64,000 nt of DNA from NCBI RefSeq assembly GCF_963921235.1, contig NC_086102.1, forward strand, positions 43,958,001-44,022,000, given 5' to 3'. Each line of letters starts with the position of its first letter. Position 1 is the stretch's first letter. The notes beneath the pieces were generated by a model. It worked only from the letters and a program-made list of their open reading frames with translations. It ran no database searches and was not told where the DNA came from. This document shows, one piece after another, positions 12,108-26,084 of the stretch. The DNA is from Mobula hypostoma (lineage: Eukaryota). Position numbers and translations under genes: made by a program.

Positions 12108-15100
12108 ATGAAATTGACAGAATTTTTTAAACCTGTTCTCAATGATGCAGCAGTACCATCGCTCTTGTCACAGTCTGAGACTGGTGGACAAATGGAGACT
12201 TGTTCAACAGCTAGTGCTAGCACCAGCGTTAACACAGGACCACCGTCCTTGCCACAGTCAGCAGCTAACGTTGAAGAGGCAGAGAGCATGACTTTGGGAT
12301 TCCTGACCACAGAGGCCCCCAAACAACCAGGTTGGGCCGCCATTAATGTTAACGTTACCGCTACTGAGGATCCTTACAGCAGCGGTCCCCAGGTACCGGG
12401 CCGCAGGGCATGCGCTACTGGGCCGCGAGGAAACCATATGGTTTGGCGATATGAGTCAGCTGCACCTTTCCTCATTCCCTGTCACGCCCACTGTTGAGCC
12501 ATCACGCATGCGAGGTCATTACCCGCGCGTCATCCGTGTCAGCGCGGGAAGAAGATCAATTCCTCGAGCTTGCAAATGACGGCGGGCTGAAAAGTATGTT
12601 TGACATAACATCTCTGCCGGCATTCTGGATCAAAGTCAAGGCTAAATATCCAGGAAAGCACTGAAAACGTTGCTTCCATTTCCAACGTATCTCTGCAATG
12701 AACTAAACTGCAGAACAGACTGGACATAAGGAACCTCCTTCGAGTATCACTGTCTCCCATCACCCCTCGATAGGACCGTCTTGTTGCAGGGAAACAAGCC
12801 CAGGGCTCCCACTGATTCAGCGATATTGGTGCGTTGCAATGACTTCATATGTTCATACAGGGAAAATATGTGCTACATGTTTAATATCCAAACGATACTT
12901 AAAATGTTATGATGCCATTGACTTATATAACTAACAATTACAGCACGGAAACAGGCCATCTCTGCCCTTCTAGTCCGTGCTGAACGCTACTCTCACCTAG
13001 TCCCACCGACCTGCACTCAGCCCATAATCCTCCATTGCTTTCCTGTCCATATATCTATCCAATTTTTCTTTAAATGATAATATCGAACCTGCCTCTACCA
13101 CTTTACTGGAAGTTCGTTCAACATTTACTTCAAGCTCCGCTGATAATTGATTTATCACTATATTCATGCGAGGAAAATATGCGCTGTGTGTTTAATATTA
13201 AATTCGTTAGATAAACCCTGTTAGAAACGAAATTGAGTGTATTAGCTAATGATCTATATTCCGGTCGTGATTAACACCCCACCCCCCGAACAGAATCGCC
13301 AAAAACGATTTATAGAAGAAAATCGTACACTCGCCCGCAAAGTTACGCATGCGCACTGGTGTCCGCGCAAGGCTTCATGGTCATTGTAGTTTTTCTCGGG
13401 GAAACCCAGCGTATTGACAAAACTCTTGTCCGTTGACAACCCTTACCCCCGCCCCCCGGGTCGGCCGGTCCGCAAGAATATTGACAATATGAAACCGGTC
13501 CGCAGTGCGAAAAAGGTTGGGGACCCCAAACGTTAGATGATTCAGACCGAGCATACTGGGCCAAGAAAGTGCCAGAGTCCTGCGGGAATAGGGATGTGGA
13601 TATCAAAGCTTCAGAACGAGTATACAAACAGCAGAGAAGTTTTTTCTCCAAATTTCACTTCAAACACAAGCTCATAAAAGGCCACTACATATCAAGTCAA
13701 TGGATCTTATATTCCCCTTCCACCGGCTGTGAGTTTTGTTTTACATGCTGCATCTTCAGTGATGGTAACCGTCAGTCTATCTTGGAAACTGGCTTTAGCA
13801 ACTGGAAACTTGCCGCTGAGCACATAGGAGAGCATGAAAATAGCAAACACCGCAGGAAAACGATACTGACCTACGTTACACTAGCGTCTAACAGCGGGAG
13901 AATAGATACAGAACTGCAAAAACAGTTCGAGTCAAAGTGTATCTACTGGACCGACGTATTGAGAAGAGTGGTGGCGGTTGTGAAGTTTTTGGTCGAGAGG
14001 AGACTGGCTATCCGAGGCTTCAGTGACATATTTGGCAGGCCTGATAACAGCAACCACATGATCGGCATTCTAGAGGTAATAAGTGAGCTTGACCCGTTTT
14101 TGAAGGCGCACATACAGAAATTTGGAAATGCAGGATCAGGCACCCCTCCATATCCTTCACCTAAAACATGTGAGGCGTTTATTGAGCTCAAGAGCGATCG
14201 AGTTCTGTCAGAGATCGTCAAGTGAAGTCAAAATAGCCAAAAACTTTTCTATTAGCATCGATTCAAGCACAGATGTTGCATACGTAGATCAGCTCACATT
14301 CATTTTACGTTATGTGTCAACTGATGGAAACATTCAGGAGCGATTCTTACGATTTCTACTCATTGAGAGTCTCTGCTCAAAGTTTTAGGAGAGATGAATA
14401 TTGACATAAGCAACTGCAGGGGGCTGTGCTATGACAATGCTGCACAGATGTCCGGTGCATACAAAGGCTTACAATCCCGCATCAAGGAAATCAATCCACT
14501 TGCTGAGTGGGTTCCATGTGCAGCACACACACTGAATCTTGTTGGAATCAACAGTGTCAACTGTTGTGTGACAACAGCTGATTTTTTTCAGCTTCATGCA
14601 GAATGTGTTCAACTTCTGCTCCAAGTCAACTTCTCGGTGGGAGGCGGTGACCGCAGGACTTCAGCCCAATGTGAACAAGCGCATTGAAACTCTGAAGTCT
14701 GTCTCTAATACTAGATGGGCAGCACATGCAGAAGCCACACAGGCATTGTGTGGAAATCATGCCAATATTCAAGATTCGTTAAAGAGCATTGCAGATGACA
14801 TTAATCAGAATGAGGCAACTAGAAATGAAGCAAGTTCACTGTACAAAAGAATGGACAAGCTTGAGATAGCTTTTCTGAGCAAACTGGGGCATTGCATTCT
14901 TCAGCGCTTTGAAAGTGCAAGTGTTGCATTGCAAGCTGTAAATCTAGACCTGTGTAATGCTGTGGATTTGGTGAGATCACTACGGGGATACATAGCAAGA
15001 TTGCATGATCAATTTGGTACTTTTGAAACCCAAGCTAAAACTATGTCTCCAACAGTCTCACAAGTGTACAAAGAAGACACCCAACGACAAAGAAAACTTA

Positions 15101-15697
15101 AAATCTTTCTGGATGAATCCACAACACCTGATGTTGGCTTGCCAGCCAGAGAAAAATTCTCAGCTACTTTTTTTTGGTCGTGATGTATAGATTACTTGCA
15201 AAAATTGATTGCAGATTTGCATCATATAATGACCTTAACAATGCATTTGGCATCCTAAACAATATCCCTTCTCTCTCTGTACAACATCTGCACAAGGGAG
15301 CATCTGATCTCCAAAGCAGATATTCAGCTGACCTGGAGTTAGACTTTGTGGAGGAGATTATCCATTTCAGGGAATTTGTAAGTGGCAAAGATATTTCATC
15401 CGCAACAGAGCTTTTATGCTTCTTCAGAGAGAGAAAAAAAACAACTTGCGGGTCATCTTCCCTAATGTAAGCATTGCTTTGAGGCTTTACCTGACTCTCC
15501 CTGTCACAAATGCAAGTGGTGAGCGATCTTTCTCCAAGCTCAAGCTAGTGAAGAATAGGCTCAGATCCACAATGGGACAGGACAGGCTGAATCATCTTAC
15601 TTTGATGTCACTCGAAAGTGATATTGTTCGGAAACTGGATTTTAGTGATCTGATCAAGGACTTTGCCGCGAAGAAATCCAGAAGAACTAGGCTTTAA
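12108..15697 (+). pseudogene. hAT transposase (ZMYM1-like/DUF4371 type), frameshifted and interrupted
   Basis: CFTCCIF zinc finger, FSISIDSSTDVAYVDQL, CYDNAAQMSG, WVPCAAHTLNLV, and the hATC motif LPVTNASGERSFSKLKLVKNRLRSTM. Confidence 0.9.
12380..13527 (+). mobile_element. Nested non-autonomous Charlie/SPIN-like hAT inside the larger hAT, itself holding a CR1 3' fragment (~12935-13120)
   Basis: The ends are CAGCGGTCCCC...GGTTGGGGACCCC. A transposase remnant is present (ELANDGGLKSMFDITSLPAFWIKVK). No clean TSD was found. Confidence 0.65.
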
Positions 15698-18600
15698 TTT
15701 TGAAAAACAAGCATCTGACTTTGTAAGTATCTAGGCTTGTGTGTCAGCGCTGTTCCTGTTTTTGTGGCAATAGGCTAATAGTTGACTGTTTACAAACCTA
15801 GTAAGTAATAAGTGGTCTTTACTTTGCAAGCCACAAAGCACAGCAATAAGTTAGTATGTGCTAGATCTCATTTTTCAAAAAGATTGTTGTATTGTCAAGT
15901 TTCCCAGTTTGCCATAGTGCCATCTCTCTTGGCCTTTTTGTCTCTCATTTCCATTTTACTTTCTCAGGACACACGGTTGAGAAAAATACCGAGATAAAAA
16001 TGTTTTGGCATTGTTTGAGAAATAAGGCCTATGGTATGTGCAGCAATAGCTAAGTAAAGATTTAAGATTGGGTACATCATACTTTGTCTCCCTCATAACT
16101 TTACTAAGCCAACTAAGTCTAGGTCAATTTTTGAGTGCTTTAGATGCTGTCCTTCAAACTAAGAATCTGCATTACTTTCCGTCCTCCCTCTTAAGGCCTG
16201 TAAGTTTACAGCCTACGTATTGTACTAAACCAATGTCTTGGTCCACAGCTTTGATATTTAGACCAGTACGACCTTTGCTCTTGTTCTTGCCTTTTTTTGC
16301 TTGGTACATCGGCATTTTACGGTGTCAGCAGGGGCCCATCAGGGCCTCCAGCCCAGGGGCCCCGACCCCACTAAATCTGGCCCTGCCCAGACACCCAACA
16401 TTAATTACATGGGGGCTGACTCTCTGAGTACACAAAATCTCCCAATTATTGATAGATCAGCTATTTGATGTGCTAAGTGATGGTATCAGTCTTGTCTGCA
16501 AGTTTTCTTGAACTAAATAACTTAGCCAGTGTTGTCTGATTTCAAACAGGCTCAGTTAACATAAACCCATTATCTTACATCTCTTAAGCAGTCAGCCCTG
16601 TGCTGTGGGCCAGCAGTCTGTGCTCTATAGACAATGTTGTTTGTTTGTAAAGCTGTTCTTTTAACTTCAGACTGGTTATTGCTTGCAAGTTACATTAAGA
16701 ACTGAAAACTGGATTTCATTTACAACAAGAAGCTGAAACAAGAAATATTGGTTGGGAAGTTAACTTACCCAAACACAACTCTTTGACTCCTGAAAGAATC
16801 AGCTGCTGTATTAAAAAGTGAGTTTGGCAAAAATGCCCCTCAGGCCATGGGCAGTGAATTTCCATCAAACTCCTTGTTATGATATTGGTTTCCCTGGTGT
16901 TCTACTTTCCGTCCATGTTACCTAGACTTACAGGTGGATTAATTGGCTACTAGAAATTACCTTGGATGGCAGGAGTATGATGGTGTTAGGTTTCCTATCC
17001 ACTGAGCTCTAAACTCAAAAGCAGATTTTAAGTCCTATCCAATATACAGAAAATATCTACACTTGCCCTCACTATAGGGAGGTTATGTTGCGCCTAGCAA
17101 CTCTTCAAGGACTAATTTACTTTCCTATCTAGTCTCTGCGGCAAGGTCTAATTGGCAATACTACTGATTGAGTGCTAGGACTCGCCTTTCTACTATGGAG
17201 GAGATACTTGTAGCTAATGAAATACAAACGTTTGTAGTTTAAACACATCTTATTTATTTGTAATGATATGCCTTTAAACTTAAACAAATAGTTCTTAACA
17301 CACATTTAACATACACAGAGGATTTTTGATTTATAAAAGATTTCTGAATTACAAAAGATTTATAAACTACAAAAAAGTTCCACAATTCATACAAAACTAG
17401 AGAAACAAGTTGTAAACAAGTGAGTCATCCATCACAGAAACTGAAGGTTGTGTAATGTATTTTAGTTCTTCTTTCTGTCACCCTGTGTTTCTGTCATTCT
17501 CCTGGCATTGCTAACTGCTCTTAAGTCTTATGGTCTAATAATTCTGATATGTATACTATTTTTTACAAGCTGACATCTTCTACAAGTGATGTTTTACAGA
17601 TAACTTTGTTGGGACAAAGTAACTCACGCAGATGGTCCTAAAAGTTTCTGGTGACAGAGATTCCAAACGTCCACAATCAATGCTGTGAGGGGCGACCCTC
17701 TGAGTAAACAAACATCCCAACTTGTTATCATGTTTGATGTGCTAACAGACAAAGCCTCATTGACTTGTGTTTGGCCAATGCAGACCGGTTGTTTCCTGCA
17801 CAAAACACTGGAGGTACACAGTCTTGCCAAAGGACCTTGGCCCGAAAAGTCGGCTGTACTTTTTTCCATAGATGCTGACTGGCCTGCTGAGTTCCTCCAG
17901 TATATTTGTGTGTTTTGCTTAGATTTCCAGCATCTGCAGATCTTCTCTTGTTCCTGGTGTTGCCTGGTCACTTCTCTTTGCAAATTAGACCTCGTAGCAG
18001 CCAACCACCTCCAGTGGGACAACAGCCTGTACTTTTAACTTCAAACTGATATCTGCTTGCAATTTACATCAAGAACTGTAGACTGTTTCTTGTTTACAAC
18101 AAAAAGCTGAGCAAAGAACATTTGTTAAAAGTTTAACTTTATCACTAGCAATTCTGACCCTTTGGAAAGGTTATGCAGCTGTGCTGGAAATCTGAGGCTG
18201 CCAATAAGCCCCCCAGGACCCTGGAAAGTGATAGGAGAATCAGGGGAAATTGATAGACATGTGAGAGATTAGGTTACAGGGAAATGGAGGGTGTCAGAGT
18301 AATGGGATTTATGGGATTGCTCTGAGGGCCAGGATAGATCTAACAGTGGCCTCCATCTGCACCGGAAAGACAAATGCAAAACAGGTAACTCACAGTATGG
18401 ACTGATAATCAATTACTTTTCTGGTCTTAGCTATGATGACCACTAAACTATCACATATTCTGGCCCATATGTGACACTTGATCTACACTAACATGGTTGA
18501 CTCTTCAATTCCCCTGAAATAATCTAACAAACCAACAACGAGAGATGGGCAATGACCCTGCTGCGTTCACCAGCAACTTTTATGTGTGTTGCTTTTCATT

Positions 18601-20099
18601 TGAAGTGTATTTTATATGGTAACATACAAACAGCTGCCAAGAATCTTTTATACTCTAGCATTTCAGCAAAGAAGAGCACTGCAATGCCATGGTAGTGCTG
18701 CAGACAACCACCATAACAGAGCAGAATTTAAGGTAGGGTTAGAAGCTGAGCAACTTACATCATCTGCTCGAAGAAAGTTTCAAGTTCCTGGAAATGTGCA
18801 AGGAGAATGTTTGGTATGAGTTAGTAATTGGCAAGGAAGACCTCAAAAGAACATTTCCTGTACTTCTGACCCTTCAGTATATCACTCGCACAGCCTAATA
18901 CTCAGGATGGCCCTTTTCATTTTGCGGTGGGAGTTGCAGCTATCTGAAGTTGGAGGTGAAAGTGTTGAAATGTGCATGCATCAGGATTTTCCAATCAGGA
19001 GAGAACTGTTGGAAGATTCCAGTCTCAGAGATGCCAACAAACTGATGATAATGAAATTCAAAACCTTAAGGCACACCCCCTTGAAGAGCAGGAAGCTGAT
19101 TTAGAGCTTGACACTGCCATTTGATTTTAGAAATAGAATTGGTAGTTGCAGACGAAAACAACAAAATTTGAAAGTAACCCTGCTGCCAGATCCTGCGGAG
19201 CAGACTCGATGGGCCAAATGGCCTAATTCTGCTATCTCCTATGGTCAAATATAAGCTATCACAGCTAAATTCATTGTTAACTATTGCATTCTTTCCTTGC
19301 ATTTAAATCCTCTTCCCAGTTTTTGGACAAAAGATTCAAACATCCAATCATCCGATGATGAATGACATTGTAATATTTCCCATCGGGGCATAGCCCAAAC
19401 CCAGCGTTCGTCAGCTCTCTCTCTGTGTTCTCACTCATACACTTAGTTGGAACTTTATTAGGTACACATGCACGCCGGTCATTAATACAAACAGGCTGGT
19501 TAAAGCTTTACTGGCAGCAAACAAATCTACTAACTACTCTATTAATCACACTTACTCTCCACAAGGATCACTGCAATCACTTCCCTTTCAGAGTAGTGTT
19601 TTTGAATCGCCTTTATGGCCTGTATATTTGTGGTGTTCTGGGGGATTTGGTGAACTGGAGTCTCAAAGGGGCAGTGCAGCGACGTGGTGGGTGCAGGCCA
19701 AATCAAGGCAGTGGGTCCCAGGCCCGAGAGCAAGGAACAAGCCGATGTTTAGCCATTGCTGGAGCAGACTTGGAGTTGAATGTAAGCCTGGGCCCAAAAG
19801 CAAGGAACGAGCTAATGTCTGGCCAATTTAAGTGCAGGGTCAGATTCAAAAGGTCGCACATTGGGTGTTTGACGGTCTTTTTTAACCTCATACTCCTCAC
19901 CCTCTCTTTCCTCACAAACAGACATCAAAAAGTGAGATATAACGGTTATATGAGCACCAAAAGGCAAATATCAACTTGAGCACCACAGGGCTCGGTAATC
20001 TCACTAGTCTTGTTCACACCCAGGGACGCAGTACATCAAATACTCAGATGACACAGTCATCATCGACACCACCAACTCTGATGACTGCATCAGTGAGGT

Positions 20100-20780
20100 T
20101 AACTTGCAGGTTGAGTTGGTGGTGAGGAAGGCAAATGCCATGTTAGCTTTCATTTCAAGAGGTCTAGAATACAAGAGCAAGGATGTGATGGTGAGGCTTT
20201 ATAAGGCACTGGTGAGGCCTCACTTTGAGTATTGTGAACAGTTTTGGGCTCCTCATCTTAGAAGAGATGTCCTGGTATTGGAGAGGGTCCAGAGGAGGTT
20301 CATGAGGATGATTACAGGAATGAAAGGGTTATCATATGACGAACATTTGATGGCTCTGAGTCTGTACTCGCTGGAATTCAGAAGGATGAGAGGGGATCAA
20401 ATTGAAACATTTTGAATATTGAAAGTCCTAGACAGAGTAGATGTGGAAAGAATTTTTCCCATGGTGGGAGGTTCTCGGACAAAAGAGCACAGCCTCAGGA
20501 TAGAGGGGCGCCCTTTCAAAACAGAGATGCAGAGAAACTTATTTAGCCAAAGGGTGGTGAGTTTGTGGAATTTGCTGCCACATACAGCTGTGGAGGCCAG
20601 GTTGTTGGGTGTGTTTAAGGCAGAGATTGATAGGTTCTTGATTGGACGTGGATTCAAAGGTTACGGGAAGAAGGCCGGGAACTGGGGTTGAGAATGAGAA
20701 AGATAAGGATCAGCCATGATTGAATGGCGGAGCAGACTCAATGGGCCAGATGGCCTAATTTGGCTCCTTATGGTCTTATA
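20100..20780 (+). mobile_element. CR1-type LINE 3' fragment
   Basis: KANAMLAFISRGLEYKSKDVM...QFWAPHLRRDVLVLERVQRRF. Confidence 0.85.
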
Positions 20781-21779
20781 GAAATCAATTAATTTGCTGG
20801 ACAGTGCACAAACAACTATCTGGATCTGAACTCCAGTAGAACTAAGGAAATGGTAGTAGACTTTAGAAAAGAACAGTACACTGTCCCAACCCTGAAAATA
20901 AGTGGCCAGTCGATAAAGCATGTTGGAGAATATTAGTACCTCGGCACAACTATAGATAACAAGACCAATGGTGGGTTAATACTCTCCAACTGCCAACAAC
21001 AGCTATTTTTCCTTAGGAAGATGAGGAAACTTCAGGTCCAGCCATTGATTCTCCGGACATTTGATAAATGCTTTGTTGAATCAATATTAACCTACAACAT
21101 CACGGTACGGTTCGGAGTAATGAGCACCATAACCTCGGCCCACTCCACAGAATTATCGGAATAAGTAGTAAAATCATTGGCCAGGAACAAGAATCTCTCA
21201 GCAGCACCCATAAGAGATGGACAATAAAGATGGCTCAACAGATAGCTGAGGACATTACACATACACGTCACACATCCCACACTCTCATGCCATCTGGACG
21301 CCGCTACAGGTTCCAGCCCATCAGCACCAGAAGAGCCTTATCCAGTTTTGTGCCTTCTTCCATTTGCCTTCTCAATGCTCAGTTTTGAATATATAGTATG
21401 CATAGCACCTTCAACAGTAAAAACAGTCAGTTTTAATACATATATTTGCATTTTAAATCACATGCATTAATTCTAAGTAGTCATAACCTATTGTGAGTAT
21501 CTTATATTGTGTTTAACTATATGTAGTGTGGTGTTGTGTGTCTTAAGCTCTGTGATGTTGCCCTTACCACTGCACAAACGAAGTTCCTCACGGAAAATAA
21601 AATGAATTGAATTTGATTTTGTGGCTGTTGTAAGAAGGTTGTAGATAATATACTTTGATAAAAGTTCTTTGAACTTTGAAATATCTTATCAGCAACTCAA
21701 TACATAATAACATGCAGACAGGGTTAAGAGGTTCAGTTGCTGTTCAGACAAGCACCAGAATGTGTATGAAATGTAGTCT

Positions 21780-22150
21780 AAGTGAGTTTGACCGTGAAAT
21801 GACTGTTGGTGCCTGACAGGGTAGTTTGACTATCTCAGAAGCTGCCAATCTCCAGGGATTTTCATGCACAGCAGTCTCTAGAGTTTACAGTGAAATGCGA
21901 AAAAACAAAAAAACATCCGGTTTGTGGCAGTTCTGTAAAAACGCCTTGTTAATCAGCGAGGTCAGAGGAGAATAGCCAGACAGGTTCAAGCTGACAGGAA
22001 GGCAACAGTAACTCAATGTGTTACAACAGGGATGCGAAGAGTATCTCCCAATGCACAACATGTCAAACCTTGAAATAAATGAGCTGCAGCAGGAGAAAGA
22101 TCACAGCCATACCTTCAGTGGCCACTTTATTAGGTACAAGAGATACCTAA
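21780..22150 (+). mobile_element. Tc1-like transposon remnant
   Basis: Decayed HTH-coding sequence (FDREMTVGA..GSLTISEAANLQGF) and the TIR-like cagtggccactttattaggtaca. Confidence 0.6.
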
Positions 22151-23489
22151 TAAAGAGACACAATGTATATCTAAGACTCAAAAAGGCTCCATGAGTATGA
22201 CTTTCACCACCCATGTGCCTTTCTGTCGCAATGTTCAGAGCAATGGAACATTCTTCATACAATTATATTAAGTGGCACCTGGGCCACAATGGCACACTGA
22301 GTGCTGTGTCAAACCTTTTTGCGCCAAGATCAGTTTATGAGGTCTTCTTTCTTCACTTACCACCTTGTAAAACATTTTACAAATCATCCTTTTTGACCAG
22401 GTTTGAAACTCCAAGTCAAGTTTTCTAAGTACTCTAAGCTTTCTGCAGAATTTCTTAATTCTTTCGAGCAACCATATGCTTTCAACTGCAGCCTCAGTTA
22501 GCTGCTACTCTCACCGCAAGTTGAAAAGGAACACGACGAGTATTGAGCTGTTGCTCTCTGGTCCTCAATAGTGTTATAATGGTGGACCAAAAGTTCAGCA
22601 AGTTCTCTTTCTGTGGTCAATCTTGCCAATGACTAATTCATTCCATATTACGCACCATGCTTTCACACTTTTGTAATTTCTTAGTCATAACCAGAATGGA
22701 ATGACTACCATCTTTGCAGTTAGTCTCAACTCTGCTGAAATGTACCATAACACTGAACCACAAGGAATAAGCTAGGAAGGTCATACAAGTTCTTCTTCTT
22801 CTGCAAATTCAATAGATTGGAAATTCTTACATTCTGGGATCAGGTCCAAGGCTATGGAGAGTGAAGTCAGGGGAGGGGCCAGAGTTTGGGTTTAAATAAC
22901 AAATTTCTCCTTTCTTTTACCTCAGCTTAAGCACCAACTGCACTCCATACATATCCCTGGTCATTTTTAATGCACCCATAACTCTGCCCTACTTTCCAAT
23001 GCAACAGAGAACCACATACAATATTGAGAAGAGGAAGGAGACCAGTAAAGAAATGTTCCTTGACAAAACTGCCAGCACTGGGATAGTAATAGGCTCTGAG
23101 GTCCTAAACAGTTTACAGATGAGGCAAAATTCTGTCAAAGGGTTCTGGACTTCTCTTCTTCGAAGTGCAGTGGAAGCAGAGTCTTCAGGCAGGAGGTACA
23201 GAAACCTTACATCCCACACTACTAGGTTTAGGAACAGTTATTACCCTTCAGCCATCAGGCTCTTGAACCAGTGAGGATAACTTCACTCACCTTAACACTG
23301 CGCTGATTCCACTATATATGTACACACTCTCATGAACTTTACAACTTACCTTCTCAGTATTATTTTTTTAATTTTCTTAACTTGCACAATTTTTGATAAG
23401 CAAGTGAATGAAAGCTGACTGAATATGAAGCAAGTCTTTGCAATTTCATTACTGGTGAGCCACAAGGCTGCATCCTCATCCCCCTCCTC

Positions 23490-24240
23490 TACTCCCTATA
23501 ACTTTATGACTGCGCGGCCACGTTCTGCTCTAACTCCATCTACGAATTTGCATATGACATCTCCATACTGAGCTGCATCTCACTTAATGATGAGTCCAAA
23601 TACAGGAAGGAGATAGAGAACCTGGTGACACGGTGTCATGACTGCAACCTTTCCCTCAAGGTCAGCAAAACACTAATTCCTCAAGAGGCTAAAGAAATTT
23701 GGCATGTCTCCTTTGACCCTCACCAATTTTATTGATACACCATAGAAAACTTCCCATCCAGATATTTCACAGCTTGGTATGACAACTGCTCTGCCTGAGA
23801 CTGCAGGAACCGGAAAGAGTGTGAACACAGCTAAACATACCAGAGAAACCAGCCTCCCCTGAATGAACTCTGTCTACCCTTCTTGCTACCTCAGTAAAGC
23901 TCTAGCATAACCAAAGACCCATCCACCTTGGACCTCATCTCTTCTTCCTTCTGTGGACAGAAGATACAAAAACCGGGGAGTACATACCACCAGGCCCAAG
24001 GACAGCTTCTGTCTTCCTGTTATAAGACTATTGAACTGTTCACTTGTACAATAAGATGGATGCTTGACCTTACAATCTACCTTGCCCCTTACTCTCTACC
24101 TGTGCTGTCCTCTTCCGTAACTGCAAAAACTTCATGCTGTACTCAGTTTTGTTTTACCTTGACTAATTCAATGCATCATTGTGTGAATTGGTCTGTATGA
24201 ACAGTGTGCAAGATGTGTTTTTCATTGTACATAAACCAAT
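23490..24240 (+). mobile_element. Rex1/L2-like LINE RT 3' fragment (similar fragments at ~20800-21390 and ~39000-39460)
   Basis: Decayed SNSIYEFAYD / YRKEIENLVTRC motifs. Confidence 0.6.
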
Positions 24241-24362
24241 ATACCAACTAGATCAACAGCGATCTCATTAAAAGAATTTGAGGAGCTAATGGCCTCCTGC
24301 TGCTCCTAATTCTTTCTTACATACATTCATATTGAATTTGGCATCTCTCAAACTGGACGACC

Positions 24363-24948
24363 TGTTAGAGCTACCAGTCTTCTGCCTTTGAACATGTATT
24401 GTGGATTTTATTTGGAGTGTAGGTCTGAACAATGGGTTCCTAAAAGGTGTGAATCTCAGACCAGTTAATGCTGATTAAAATTCACTTGGATGTCTACGGT
24501 GTGTGTGCGAAGAGGGAGCTGTGAAGTTTGCATGTAGTTTCAAAGAAAGCATTGTCTATACTTTGTAAATATGGAATTGTCCTTTATGTTTAGCACATAA
24601 AATACCAAGTAGATGTATTGTGGATTTAATTTGGAGGGCATCTCTGAACAGTGGATTCCTAAAAGCTGTGAATCCCAGTCCAGACAATACTGATGTCTGT
24701 GGTATGAATGTGAATCAGGAGGTGTGAAGATTGTATGTAGTTTCAAAGAAAGCATTGTCCATACATTGTAAATATGGAGTTGTCCTTTGACGTTTGGCAC
24801 ATAAAATATCGAGCCCCACATTGGGACAGCTGACCTTTCCATCAAAAGCGTCTCCATATGATGCCTGCTGTACCTTGTTTTGTCGAATAAAGAAGCTGCT
24901 TTGTATCTACCGGTAATTTTCTCTGGCAATTTCATTCACGCAGCAACA
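24363..24948 (+). mobile_element. Solo LTR related to the LTRs of the 25502-31071 element
   Basis: TGTTAG...CAACA termini, 4-bp TSD GACC on both sides, AATAAA at ~24886, and clear similarity to 30527-31071. Confidence 0.85.
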
Positions 24949-25501
24949 GACCTGATAATAGATTGTGCCTCCCCGTGTATCTCCACATTACAGGAACCTA
25001 CAGTTCTGTCCAGCCAGCCATTGTCTTATTAATTCTTCTTCCATCTGTCTCTCCATCAAGGCTCCATCATCAGCAAGAATCATATGAAAAGGAACCCTTG
25101 GTAGATGGCAAGAGAATATGTTTTCAAGAAATTGTGGCAGGCTGACTATTGATGAGGCACTGTTCCTGAGACTTGCTATCTGCCTCTAAGCAGATGTTCT
25201 GCACACAAAGCCACTGCTTCTGCCGGTTCAAGTTATTTCATGAATACCATAAGTTTGTGGGCTTTTTAAACTTAGAGATGCTGAGACATAACCCTTCAGC
25301 AGTGATATTGTCTCATGTTCCAAACTGGATATGGGCACTGAGAGCGCATGAAAGATTGAGTATGAGATTGCAACACACAGTGAACCCACAGCCTGAGTGA
25401 CTGGTTCCTACGGGGCAGAAGCCTTGCAATCAAACTTGCTTGTATCAAGTTATTGAAAAGACATCACAGCAATGCAGAATACAGTTATCCATTCTAAGCG
25501 T

Positions 25502-26064
25502 TGTTAGAGTGAGTTTTTGTGTAGGTGATTCATTTACACTTAAATGGCTTGGCCACCAGTCTCCTGTTTGACAAAGTACTGTGGATTGAGTTCATTTGTA
25601 ACAATGCATTTCCTAAAAGCTGTGAATACCAATCACTGCTGACGCCTCTGGGGTGAAGTTTACAGGGAGTTTTGAAGACAGCATTACCTATACTTCATAG
25701 ATATTAATTGTCTTCTATGTTAGGACGTAAAACACCAAATAAATGATTTATCTTGCATTCCTAAAGGCTGTGGGTACCAACCCAGACATGACGTCGAAAG
25801 GAAAGGTTGAAGTCAGAAGATGTGATGTTTTGTATGTAGCTTCAAAAGGAGGCATCATCTATGCATTATCTATAACTTTTTAAATAGCGATTGCCCTTTG
25901 TGTTTAGCACATAAATATCGAGCCCACATTGGGCTAGCAGACCTTTCCACCGAAAGCGTCTCCGTCCGTATGATGCCTGCTGTACCTTGTTGTGTTGAAT
26001 AAAGAAGCTCCTTGGTATCTACCAGTAACTCTGTCTCTCCAGTGATTTCATCCATGCTGCAACA
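25502..26064 (+). repeat. 5' LTR
   Basis: Aligns with 30527-31071, ends in CA just before the PBS, and has AATAAA at ~25998. Confidence 0.9.
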
Positions 26065-26066
26065 TT

Positions 26067-26084
26067 TGGTGTCAGGAGTGGGAT
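26067..26084 (+). promoter_or_regulatory. Primer binding site complementary to the 3' end of tRNA-Leu(CAG)
   Basis: TGGTGTCAGGAGTGGGAT is the reverse complement of ATCCCACTCCTGACACCA and sits 2 nt after the 5' LTR. Confidence 0.85.

Larger units (their letters stand above)
11931..16385 (+). mobile_element. hAT DNA transposon with TIRs and 8-bp TSD
   Basis: The TIRs are CAGGGCCAGA...TCTGGCCCTG. The perfect TSD CCCAGACA is at 11923-11930 and 16386-16393. Confidence 0.95.
11270..18150. repeat. Two diverged direct copies of a ~1-kb LTR-like unit (~11270-16790, split by the hAT; ~16980-18150, split by a PLE fragment)
   Basis: Colinear similarity at 11341/17031, 11520/17240, 11890/17630 and 16660/18035. 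Both units appear to start TGTTAG. Confidence 0.55.
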
